From NCBI GenBank assembly GCA_030704615.1, contig CM060734.1:60698001-60762000 (forward strand): a stretch of DNA of 64,000 nt, given 5' to 3'. This document shows positions 34,893 through 46,498 of the stretch, piece by piece; the stretch's first letter is position 1, and each line of letters opens with the position of its first letter. The DNA is from Takakia lepidozioides. Taxonomy: Eukaryota > Plantae > Bryophyta. Under the pieces are notes generated by a model. That model was not told where the DNA came from. It worked only from the letters and a program-made list of their open reading frames with translations, and made no database searches. A program made the translations under genes and the position numbers.

Positions 34893-35870
34893 GGTGATGT
34901 TAAGAGAATCAATTCCTAATCACATCTTTAGTGGGTCATTACCTCACAAGCTGTCCCTGAGTCCTCTCCATCCCTGGGTCCACTCCTATGTCCAAAAGGC
35001 TGCAGTTATCGTATTTTCTCCCTCCATGTGCTGCCATCCTCCATCAATCTTGTGCAGTCATGCTGACTGAAGCAAGCAACCAACACTACCTTTAGATATT
35101 GGGGTCCTTGGTCACAAGATGTTGACATCTTGTGAGGTATCCCAAGTCCTCTCTCACTCTTTCAATCTTCCAAGGTGTGCCAGCAGTACTGGCAGTGCAC
35201 CCACAACAACATGAGACACATCTGTTGCAGCTCCAAGACCAATCTTCCTTACGTTGTGCAATATGATGTGACTGTCCACAGTCAAATCCACTCATTTCTA
35301 TTGTTAGAGTACTGTGGGCTGTGCTACAGTACTCTTGCACTGAGTGCCATGGTTGAAATCCCCAAACCGACTCCGAAGGGGTTAGTACCCCGAGCTGACT
35401 GTGTCTTCAAGGATACATGATTGCCAAGATTCGCAAGGGAAAGGTCGGTGAGTCTGCCAGACTTATTACTACGTCTGCTGTCTCTCACCCCACTGGCACT
35501 AGCGTTGAACAGCCACATTTGTCGTATGGGGGCTACATGCTCTCTAGTAGGATATCAATTCCAGTACATCCATAACACCAGATTGTCATTGGTTGTGTGC
35601 AATACCCTCATGTGCTGAAACCCCACATTGTATGTACTCAGACTGAGTGGCAACTGTTAGATCAAGATGTTTCCTCTCACCGTCAAGGGCTCTGGGGAAT
35701 GTAGTATCCTGCAGTGACTATACCATCAACCAGTAGAGCATAGCCACCGTTCACAGGTGATGATCAGTGAACTCTCTCTCTTCCCTCTTGTTCAGCTCAA
35801 ACTGGGCATGGCCGTGGGGTGGGGTCTATGGTAAACAATGTCGCATGAGTATATTCTCTCTCTGCCACTT

Positions 35871-36030
35871 GAGCAGGTAGCCCAGTGGTTGGGTGTTTGT
35901 GCCTTGCCTGTGCATAACCTAGGTGATCCTGGGTTCAATCCTTCAACATGTGCCTTCAGACCGTCCATTGGGCCCTCGATGGCCTATGTGCTGAGCAGTA
36001 GGCTCTGTAAATTCACTGGATGTTAAAGAA
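35871..36030 (+). mobile_element. Probable tRNA-derived SINE
   Basis: A-box-like TAGCCCAGTGG (35878) and B-box GGTTCAATCC (35932); no full cloverleaf, no TSD seen. Confidence 0.55.
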
Positions 36031-37055
36031 ACTTTATCTTATCTGTCTCCCTCTCCTGATCTTTGTCTTTTGCAACAATAGTCCTGGATTGGGACATCAT
36101 GTTGACCAAGATACATGAAAAATAGATTTCTGGAACACTGTACTCTCAAGTCTGCAGATAAAGTCTGTGAGGATGCCGGAAATCTCCATAAATAATGACA
36201 GTCGCTGAATAGATCTTTGAATTGGAAACTGTTGTAGTACATCCAAAATCTCGACATCTTGTGGATGACGTTACCCTGATTCACTTTCTTCAGCGGACAA
36301 ATTGTAACTATCTAGTCAATCATTCCAAGCCGCAACAGTTCTGAATCTGGACCTTCAACACATCCAATCAAAAATCTTGAGGATGATGGATTAGCGAAGT
36401 GTTTGTAAGACCCATACACATGGACGTTCTGAGTTGGAGGGATTGAAGGTCAAGAGCCAAGTCTTTAGTGATGGAATTGACTGGGAATTGCATCATGTTT
36501 TGACACACGGATTATCGCATGATTCTGGTGATTTTGCAACTCCGTTGTCTTGTTCACAATTGTTAAGGACCAAGCAAGCAACCTGTTATTCGGGTCATCA
36601 TGAGAGGTTGAAAGACGTTATAAGGGGACTGGGAACCCTGTCTCGCTCTCATCTCGCTGTGAGCTTTCATTTTTGCAGGAGATCAGTGTAACTCGGCCTT
36701 TAAAGTCGTTGTGTGGACAAACGAAATTATGATGAGTGTTGATCTATGTCATAGATCCTCAGTTGAACTACAAAATGGATGAGAGTACCCGGAGTTTTAC
36801 GATGTGTATGTTGAATCTAGGAACAAGTTATGTGTGGGTTTTACCATCTAGTCCTCCATCTTTGCTTCAAAGAATTGATGTGGAGTGGATTTCTAGGATT
36901 GTCGTTGTCTGTCAACACCATGGTGATATTTGTCTACACAGCATAAACAACAAGACCTATGATCAAACTTGAGCAGCAAAATAACAAAAGACCCAAAGTC
37001 TTCATAAATTCCATCTCTCTAAACTAGCAGATGGATTTCATATTACATATGCTTC

Positions 37056-37214
37056 GACAACCGGCATGTAGCCCAGTGGTAGTGGCACACACCACATTGG
37101 ATATGGTTGTGGGTTCAAACCACGGTCTGGTGTGTCAAGAAGGTGTCCACCTTTCAGCTGGAAGGCAGTAGCCCTTGTGGTGAAGTGACACCATAAGTTA
37201 GGAGACGTTATACT
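37056..37214 (+). mobile_element. tRNA-derived SINE with 13-bp TSD
   Basis: A box TAGCCCAGTGG, B box GGTTCAAACC; TSD TTACATATGCTTC at 37043-37055 and 37215-37227; absent from the paralogous site near 40770; second copy at 56201-56371. Confidence 0.88.
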
Positions 37215-37426
37215 TTACATATGCTTCTCCTTGGCTCGTGCACTTTGTCAGATCAAAATGTGGGCTTTGTTGGCTCTTCTTGAGGTAGCGCATTGGGAGA
37301 ATCAATTCTTGCAGCTTTGTCTCTCATTTCCAGAATGAGGGTCTTAGCCGGTAGGCGGTACCATAATTCTTCTAAGCTCAGGAATTAATTTTCTGACAAC
37401 TTTGAAGCTTTGTCAGCCTTGGGATC

Positions 37427-37827
37427 ATGGAGTCCCCTGAAGAGTCTAAAAATCTACAGCAAATCAAAGCTAGCCTCGGAGGACCAAAAAAACAATTGCT
37501 AGAGAAGGATCAGCTTTTACCCTTGCTAACCCAATCCAAGATACTATCTCGAAAAGAAAAACATCGTGTGGGCGAGAGAGCGATCGCTGATCTACTTCGC
37601 CACATTACCGATCCAGAGTTTACAACAAATTTGCAAGCGGAGGGAGCAAATGTTATCTTAAATGTGTGCTATGAGAAGGAGAATGTCAACAACGTATTAA
37701 GCTGCGGGGGAGCCGCAACCCTAGTTGAGTTTCTCACTTCCGATGATGAGGAGCTTCAGGCCAATGTAACGGTAGCGTTACAGAGCATTTGCTTTCAACC
37801 AGAAGGGCGTAACATAGTATGTGGCCT
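37427..37827 (+). pseudogene. Armadillo-repeat gene, intact 5' half, 3' truncated
   Basis: MESPEE...LQAEGANVILNVCYEKENV..GGAATLVEFLTSDDEELQANVTVALQSIC; homology to 40982-41383 stops abruptly at 37827. Confidence 0.8.
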
Positions 37828-38075
37828 CCTTCTTCAACACATTTGACCCTGTTTTTCCCTCTTATCAGAATCGGCCTAAATTTCCATGTTGAATTCTTCA
37901 AGTTAGCTGGTTGAGTGAATCTAGTTTGGAGTGATTTTGACATGATACTGCCAATATGACAACAGGAAAATATCCAAAAATAGGTAACAGAATTGAGTGG
38001 AATGAATACTTTTCTGACCCCAGTCAATGGTGGGAGAACCCGGGCAAAAAGGTGAATGCATGTCAGATTACCATA
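37828..38075 (+). pseudogene. OSB PDF-motif intron/exon fragment paralogous to ~10750-10995
   Basis: Shared CCTGTTTTTCCCTCTTATCA...AGTTAGCTGGTTGAGTGAATCTAGTTTGGAGTGA and exon EWNEYFSDPSQWWENPGKK|GT. Confidence 0.85.
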
Positions 38076-38079
38076 TGTC

Positions 38080-38310
38080 ATTCTGAACACTGCCCCGGTG
38101 GACATGTATGCCAAACATGGGGGCATCGAGGATGCAAAGGGAGTGTTCAACACTATGCAGGCTCAACAAGATGTGGTGTCGTTGAGTGCGATGCTTGCAG
38201 GGTATGCAGAGCAGGAGCGCGAAATGGAGGCTTTAGAGACCCATGAGCACATGATGGGGGGAAGGGGTGAAGCCCGACCTCATAACGTTTGTATGCGTTT
38301 GCAATGCTAA
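38080..38310 (+). pseudogene. Short PLS-PPR fragment (S-P motifs)
   Basis: VDMYAKHGGIEDAKGVFNTM..DVVSLSAMLAGYA.. then frameshifted VKPDLITFV. Confidence 0.8.
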
Positions 38311-38689
38311 GAGCCATGGTGGCTCCCCCTTACTGCATTGTAAGTGCTGCAACAGTTCGACTCTCTTCCATTTGTTTCTCAAGTGTCCATCTTTTGTCAT
38401 CATAAAAACAGTCTGGACTTGCCAGGTTACTGAAACTTCCCTTCATTACGTCTTATGAGCACATTCTCTCTCCCTCTCTTGTATCTTACTTTACATTGTC
38501 TAGGGTATTCTCTCTGAATACAGGAAGTTGGGAGTGATTGGAGCACGAGGTAGGGCTTTTGTATGTAGTCCCCAATGATTGATGTCATGAAGCCAATGCA
38601 TATTATTTAGACAAGGTTTTCTGTGATCTGATCTAGCAAGTGGATGTGCAGCTTGAAATCTTAGGAACGTTCCCTGGGACTCTATTTTA

Positions 38690-38942
38690 GTATCTATTTC
38701 AGTATTTCAGTATTTCAAACAAGATTTTCAGTATTTCAATATTTCAGCGAGTTTTTTAGCAAGTATTTTAGTATTTCAGCGAGTTTTTCAGCAAGTATTT
38801 CAGTATTTCAGCGAGCTTTTCAGCAAGTATTTCAGTATTTCAGCCAGTTTGTCAGCAAGTATATTGATATTTCAGCCAGTTCTTCAACAAGTATTTTAAT
38901 ATTTCAATGAGTATTTCAACAAGCATCTCAATATTTCAATAA
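38690..38942. repeat. Tandem array of AGTATTTC building ~30-bp higher-order units
   Basis: Repeated AGCAAGTATTTCAGTATTTCAGCGAGTTTTTC-like units. Confidence 0.9.
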
Positions 38943-39223
38943 CTAGTAAATTGGAAGATCACTTTTGTAATATCATACATCAATAAAGTTATGCCAAGAC
39001 CTTTGTCCCTGAATTTATAAATAAATAAGCATTCCTCTTATGCAGAACTTGTTTGACATATAATTCGAATATAAAGTAAACGGCCAACGCCCTTACAAAA
39101 AAGATAAAAATAAAATAAAATCGAATATGTGATATGCAATATGATATATTTCAATATAATATTTTTGGGGAAATTTTGAACTTAAGAGTTGTAGGGTGGA
39201 GCCATTACGCGACTAGCCGCTTG

Positions 39224-40026
39224 TTGGTGTTCTCTCTGCATGCAGCCATGTGGGTCTCGTGGAGGAAGGCTGTCACTATTTCCAATCGATGAGACGAGAT
39301 CATGGCATCACACCTAGGAGGGAGCACTATGGCTGTGTAATTGACCTTCTTGGCCGGGCAGGGCGCTTAGCAGAGGACTTCATCAACGGAATGCCATTTG
39401 AACCACATGCTGCAGAGTGGGGGGCCTTGCTTCGTGCCTGCAGAATCCATGGCAATGTGAAGCTTGCTGAACGTGCTGTAGCTGGTCTCCTGAAGCAGAA
39501 ACCACAAAATGCGGGGGTATACGTGCTGCTCTCAAACATTTATTCTATGGCTGGCAGGTGGGATGATGTAGCAAAGGTGAGAAAAGCAATGGAGGACAGA
39601 GGTGTGAAAAAGGAGCAAGGACGCAGCTGGATTGAGATCAATAACAGGGTACATACTTTTGTTACAGAAGACAGAATACACCCACAAACAGAGGAGATCT
39701 ACCTCGAGTTGGGGAGATTGTTTAGGCAAATGATGGAGGCAGGATATGTGCCAGACACGCGCTTCGTCTTGCATGTGGATCAGAAGACAAAGGCACAAGC
39801 TCTCTGCCACCACAGTGAAAAGCTGGCCATTGCTTTTGGACTCATCAGTACACCCCCTGGGACAACTATCCGCATAATCAAGAATCTTGGGGTGTGTGGG
39901 GATTGTCATATGGCCACGAAGTTCATCTCCAAGATAGTTAGGCGAGAAATTGTTGCAAGGGATGCCAATCGTTTTCATTACTTCAAGCAGGGGGTGTGTT
40001 CTTGTGGTGACTACTGGCGATGTTAA
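39224..40026 (+). pseudogene. 5'-truncated duplicate of the PPR gene (L2-S2-E-DYW only)
   Basis: Highly similar to 29246-30051; 6-bp and 3-bp in-frame deletions; stop TGA is CGA here, giving DYWRC*. Confidence 0.9.
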
Positions 40027-40981
40027 GAGAACCAACATTCACACCAACCCATTTTCTTTTTCAACGGTAGTCCTGGACTGGCACATCATGTTGATCAAGA
40101 TACATGAAACATAGATTTCTGGAACACTGTACTCTCAGATTAAGTCTGTGAAGGATGCTGGAAAATCTCTGTTAAGTAGTGACAATGTTGAATTGGAAAC
40201 TGTTGTGGTACATCCAAAAACTTGACATCTTGTGGATGACGTTACCCTGATTCACTTTCTTCAGCGGACAAATAGTAACTATCTAGTCAATCATGCCAAG
40301 CGGCAACAATTTTGAATCTGGAGCAACCTGTTATTCGGGTCATCATGAGAGGTTGAAAGGCGGTTATAAGGGAACTCGGGAACCCTCTCTCGCTGCTTTC
40401 ATTTTCGCAATGTGGAGATCAGTGTAACTCGGCCTTTAACATTGTGTGACTAACGACATTATGATGAGTGTTGATCTATGTCATAGATCCTCAGTTGATC
40501 TAGAGAAGGGATGAGGGTACACGGAGTTTTGCAATGTCTGTTGTATGTTGAATGGAACAAGTTGTGTGTGGGTTTTAACATCTAGTCCTCCATCTTTGAT
40601 TCTGAAATTGGTGTGGAGCCAATTTCTAGGATTGTTGTTGTATGTCAACACCATGGTGATCTTTGTCTACACAGCAGGACCAATGATCAAACTTGAGCAG
40701 CAAATTTATAGCGGACCCAAAGTCTTCATAAATTCCATCTCTCTAAGCTAGCAAATGGATTTCACATTACATATGTTGAATCTCGTTGGCTCGTGCACTT
40801 TGTCACATCAAAATGAGGGCTGTGTTGGCTCTTCTCGAGGTAGCGACATTGGGAGAATCGATTCTTGCAGCTTTGTCTCCCCTTTCCAGAATGAGAGTCT
40901 CGGCCAATAGGCGGAACCATATTCTTCTAAGCTCATGAATTAATTTTCTGACAACTTTGAAGCTTTGTCAGCCTTGGGATC

Positions 40982-42017
40982 ATGGAGTCCCATGAAGAGT
41001 CTAAAAATCTATAGCAAATCAAAGCTAGCCTCAGAGGACCAACAAAACAATTGCTAGAGAATGATCAGCTTTTACCCTTGCTAACCCAATTCAAGATACT
41101 CGAAAAGAAAAACACCGAAAAATTGTGGGCGAGAGAGCAATCGCTGATCTACTGCGCCACATTACCGACCCAGAGTCTACAACAAAATTGCAAGCGGAGG
41201 GAGCAAATGCTATCTTAAATGTTTGCTATGAGAAAGAGAATGTCAACAACGTATTAAGCTGCGGGGGAGCCGCAACCTAGTTGAGTTTCTCACTTTAGAT
41301 GATTAGGAGCTTCAGGCCAATGCAGCAGGGGCGTTACAGAGCATTTACTTTCAACCAGAAGGGCGTAAAGTAGTACGTGGCCTTGGCGCAATTCCACCAT
41401 TGGTAGTCTTGCTCTCCGTGGAGTCTGTGAATGTGAAGGCTAGGGCGGTCAGAACTCTTCATAACATGAGCTCAGACGTTGATGCTATTCGTATAATCAG
41501 GAAGAATGGCGAGATTCGATGGCTCATCAAGCTCCTCCAGAATAATCAGCAATGTGTGTGTGGCTCAGCGGCAGGGGCTTTACAAAACGTATCGCGTGAG
41601 ATGGCGAGTCACCTTCTCATTCGAGATAGTGAGGCCATTCCTTTGCTCATAAACTTGCTCACAAGCTCTGAGGTCCAAAACCAAATTTGTGCTGCCGGAA
41701 CATTGTTGAATGTTTTGGGCCCTGAACTCAGCAACGAGAATGTGCCCACAAAGGCTTCAGAAAAACATCGGCATGCCTTTGTTAGAACGGTGATAATCAC
41801 ACTCGTGGCTGACATTGTACAAAACACTTGCTTCACAGAAGAAGCTAGATCCTTAATCTCTCTCCAACCACCTTCCAGGCCTGTAACCATTTCAAACAAA
41901 CAAATAATCTGTAACCATTTCAAACAAACAAATAATCTCTCTTCGACAATACTCAGCCCCACCCATCTCGAGCAAATATTTTGCAATGATATCAACCAAC
42001 ACTCGAAGGTTTCCTAA
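40982..42017 (+). pseudogene. Armadillo-repeat gene, full length but with stops/frameshifts in the 5' half
   Basis: ATG 40982, early TAG; open 3' part with AGALQNVSRE, AIPLLINLL, AAGTLLNVLG; 28-bp tandem duplication at 41881-41936. Confidence 0.82.
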
Positions 42018-42949
42018 CGTCCACAACAACAAACTCGATCCAGCCTATAGCATGAAAATATTTTCCATAACAAGCACAGGTTTTGATGACACATTTGTCA
42101 CTAAGGACTAGCAGACCAGATTGTGATGATTCTCTTACATAAATTGACTGATCCATCTAGATTGTCTGATCACGAGCAGAGTATAATGTATAATTTTTAG
42201 TTTATTTGCACGCATTACTACCCATTTAAAATCATCATTGGTGCTAAAAAACCGACCCGGCTGGTATGAAAAATTCCAATACCTAGATGAGGAACCTACC
42301 ATGCTGGTATCATTGGAGAGAATTTTTTTTTTTTTAGTAATTATAGCTTTTGCGTGATTCAATAGAAGGTGTGGGCTGGAATGCCATCGAACTGTCACTG
42401 TATAACCCTCTAAAAATGTCACTATGAGGCCAAATTAGACTAAAATGTGTGTATGCTGAAGGGTTGGAATTTGAACTCTCTGTATTGACAAAGTCACATT
42501 TGCATAAGTTATAGGTCTCTGGTCTTGTATGTGGGTTTCGCCGGGTATCGCATATCCCTATTGTTCTCTGTTCTCGGAAACTTTCACAGTACCCTACCAA
42601 AAGGTTCTCGAGTTCTCTGGCAGCCCCCCAAAACCTAACAGGTGACAATTAGGGTTCTCCTTTCACCGCCCCGAACCATATCTCGATTGGTCGCTGCAAA
42701 TCTGGTAGGGTATCATGTTGATATGCACATATAGACATTATGGATGCAGGATTTCAAGGGTCTATGAGCGCCTCTTTTGGCAGCTTTGGCGGCTTGCTTA
42801 ATGGAGGCTTGCTTGGATCTGATTTTGAATTTGAAGACTAGTACCATATCCGAGTTCATATTTCCAGGTTATTGGCATTCAGATACGATAGTTCATATCC
42901 GGATTGATTTTTTTTGTAAAGCACATATGCATACCAGATTGATACTTGG

Positions 42950-44400
42950 AATTTAGGGCCCCCTCCAAAGACTTCAACCCGCCCACTCCTATACAACTCT
43001 TGCTACCATGGATTCTCACCAATACCTTTGCTTGGATAGGAGGGGGCCCAATCTAGGAGCTTCACCTCGATCCAGGGGAATGGAAATAGAAACTGAGGGA
43101 TTCTCAGTCCCAGTTTTTCACCTACTCTGCTAAAAAAGCCTATAGAGCTCTAAACAAGACCTCAACAATGGCCGCCAAGTGGAATAAAAGATGGGGGCAT
43201 GAAAACTTTTAGGAAGACTCATTGGGAGGCCATTTGGGCCTTGGTGTGGAAAAAAACCAAACCCAGCCAAGATTAGTACCTTTCTATGGCAAATTGCCAA
43301 TAGGGTACTTAAAGTTGGGCAATACTTGAACTTCTAGGAAGCTCTACTCTGCACTTGCTGCAGTTTTGGATCACTTGAAACCCTGGAACATTGCCAACTC
43401 ATATCCTATCAGGCCCCAGTTCTTATATGGCCTTCAAAGTTCATAAAATCCTTTTATACAGAGTGGAACCCATTTCCTGCCCCTAATGTGGCCCTACTCC
43501 TGAACTACGATAGAGGTTCAAAGTCCTTGGCCTCCAAATGCCCAGTCTTTGAGGAACTCAGGGGAGCCACCTTATGGCATATGTGGAGAGCCAAATTTAA
43601 TTGGCCGCTGGAAAGATCAAACTCTACTGCTACTGTCATTAATTTTACCATAATCTTCTTTGACCTTACCATTGCAGCTAAACTAGCTTGGAAAAAGGTG
43701 AGCGTAGAAATGGCCAAGGCTCCAGAATGTCAACACAGCCTCCTCGACCAATTCAGATCTATCTGGGGCAAAAGGGGCCTCATTTGCAGATGCTTTGGGA
43801 CTAACTCCTGCGAATGGCCGAAGCAGATCCCTCCTCAGTGGCAGCATCAACGAACCCTCCTCTTCCGCTTCTCTAAAGTTTGACAAGTCCGATATCAACT
43901 TGAAGCTGCATGTCAAGACTTCCACGCCGCTGGATCACAATCTTGGTGCGTTGACCAAGGACATCATATCTCTTGACCTCACAAATTTAATGTACATTGG
44001 TTGGTTGGTGGGTCCCTATATGCTTGGCAAAAGTGCCCTACGAGAGACAAATTTAAGGGGGGCCTGCAGCAATTTTAAAAAGTGCCCTCCGGAGGCAGAA
44101 GAAGAAGAAGAAGACTCCGGAGGTAGGTTTAAGGCAGGCTCTGTAGCAATTCAACCACGGAGCAAGCTGCACGGCCTTTTTAGGACCCCGCCACGCTAGA
44201 TTGCCGTTATTGGGCAGGTATCGTGACACCGTAGAGATGCTCTAAGGACCTTATTTAGGCCATGAACAATCTTATAAAATCCCATGGCTAAATTTTTTCT
44301 AGTTGAACATACAACAGTACCCCATCTAGACTTCAGAGATAGAATGGTAGGGTTGTAGGGTGGATTCCCCCAACAGGGTGCCCCCCTAACTTGACTTAGT
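42950..44400 (+). mobile_element. L1/Tx1-type LINE C-terminal remnant and 3' UTR
   Basis: WEAIWALVW..KPAKISTFLWQIANRVLKVG..CTCC..LETLEHC, LLLNYD, LWHMWRA, SIWGKRG; same layout as 21355-22330. Confidence 0.8.
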
Positions 44401-44539
44401 TTAATATGTGATATAATATATTATTAGGTTTATATTTAATGGACAAATAATTTGATCTCGTCCTGCTGTTGTCCAGATGCTTATCCCTTTCGCCAGCCTT
44501 GCTCCCTGCTCTGGCTCAGCTGAGCTCCTCGATGTCTCC

Positions 44540-45706
44540 CTCTCTCCCTCATGCACAAGTGCCGAGGGTCAAAATTCTAGTCTAATAGAGAGTTATCAAA
44601 TTATGAACATTAATTTTGGTCGCTAGAAATTCGACTAAATTACAAAATCGAGTGTTGGAATGACAGTGTAGGTCGCACTTGGGCCTTGACATGGGAGACG
44701 TACTTGGATACATAGGAGATTGCATACTGGGCTTAGATGGGCTTTGACATAGGAGATGCATATGGGGAGATGCCCTTGGATACATAGGAGATTGCACTTG
44801 GGCTTAACATAACACAAGCCACTTGGGCCTCTACATGGAAGATGTACTTTGATACATAGAAGACTGCACTTGGCTTAGATGGGCCTCGACATAGGAGACA
44901 TACTTGGGTACATAGGAAATTGCACTTGGTCTTAGATTTCAATTCTTCACATATGGGCCAACTCCAATATAGGCTACACTAGAAGTCGCACTTGGGCCTC
45001 GACATAGGAAACACACTGGGATACATAGGAGATCTTGCACTTGGGCTTACGTGACATTGGACACTTGGGCCAATGGCATAGGCTACCCTAGATAAGAGAT
45101 ATGGAATTTCAAGTGAAAAATAGCAAAGTGGGCTTTCTTGGAACAATGATATGATACATTACTTCTCAATGAGTTCATGGAAAATGGTAAATTGGTTTTT
45201 TTATTCTTTGTAACTTATAAACAAACATCCAACCTCATTTTAGTATATCGATTTCAATTCAATTCTTCACACATGGTCCTCGACATAAGGATGCACTTGG
45301 ATACATGGGGGATTGCAGTTGGACTTAGATGACACTGGACACTTGGGCCAACGACACAGGCTACCCTAGTCAATATAACAAGGTAGTTTGTTTGTTTGTT
45401 TTTTTTTTGTAGCGTTGAGATCTCCCAAACCGCGGGCCCCAGCCCTGGTGCTTGGTACCGTTGGAAAGCCCTCAATGAAGAGGGGCGCACCGACCTGGTC
45501 TCATGATTTTTGGACTTGCGATGTAGAAAATATGGAATTTCAAGTACAATTGGTCGCAGGAAATTCGTGAAAAATAGCAAAGTGGGCTTTACTGGAACAA
45601 TGATGTGGAGATCTCCCAAACTGCACGGTCTATGGATACATAGGGGATTGCACTTGAACTTAAACAGCACTTCGACACTTGGGCCAACGGCACAGGCTAC
45701 CCTAGT
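44540..45706 (+). mobile_element. Stack of non-autonomous Helitron-like units with internal minisatellite
   Basis: Hairpin+CTAG ends at ~44580, 44983, 45090, 45369, 45705; CTAG|TC junctions at 44580/44581 and 45369/45370; internal GCACTTGGG/ACATAGGAGA repeats. Confidence 0.6.
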
Positions 45707-46107
45707 AATATTGTGATAAGCTTTTTTTAATTCAAAGACATTAACGTCGTTGAGAAAACCAAATATTCTACCGCAACCATGGGAGCAACAACGGGCATGA
45801 TCATTGAAAGAGCTCGTGGATTCTTTCATCCTTGCACTGCCTTTGTTCCAAGATGCCCAATTATTCCCATGAATTAACAAGAGTTTTATTGTTCAACACG
45901 CTCTAACTTGGTAAGAAGTCATGGACATCATATCATCTCTCGTCCGACATGCATCGATTTATTCATGACGTAATATGTTTTGATTGTATAAAGAGGGGTA
46001 CCACAAGGGGAAGAGGCTAGCTCTTGTCTATGCTAACTCAGGTATAACTCATGGTTATGATACAATATGGTTCTTTCTGAAGTGACTCTCATCAATGCAA
46101 CTTAGCT

Positions 46108-46498
46108 TCAAAAAAGTATGATCCTAAGTCTATAATCCTCGTTCAGAACTTCATAGCCACCAGAACGGGATACCCCATCAATTGATTGTGCGCAGTTGTA
46201 TGTTAAGGTACTCACATAATTCCCTATTGCGCTACAGTCATAACAGTTCCAACTTTCTCCACAAATTCCAGCAGCGCAACTGCCAGTATCAATCATGGTG
46301 GTGCAGTAGCTTCCATATCGATTGGTTGAACAGCATTGCGTTGAACCAAGATTCCATAAATAAGAAATTACTGCCGAGCAGTCTGCAGTCAGAGGGCTAG
46401 CTCCAGAAGTCTCACAGACAGCCTGATTTTCGGCATGGGCTCCTGACACAACCCCCACCCGCACATGAATGCAGAGCAATATTTTCAGCTCTAAACAT
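46108..46498 (-). CDS. Small cysteine-rich, probably secreted protein resembling fungal effector-like proteins; start unresolved, may be a pseudogene
   Basis: Open frame KILLCIHVRVGVVSGAHA-ENQAVCETSGASPLTADC...; 10 Cys after the putative AHA cleavage site; TATAAAT on minus strand at 46649-46655; no in-frame ATG without a frameshift or intron. Confidence 0.7.

Noticed and set aside
35871-35950. tRNA gene
   Set aside because: A and B boxes present but no acceptor or anticodon stems; treated as a SINE.
38690-38942. CRISPR-like array (also 44660-45060)
   Set aside because: Degenerate tandem units without unique spacers, eukaryotic context, no cas genes.
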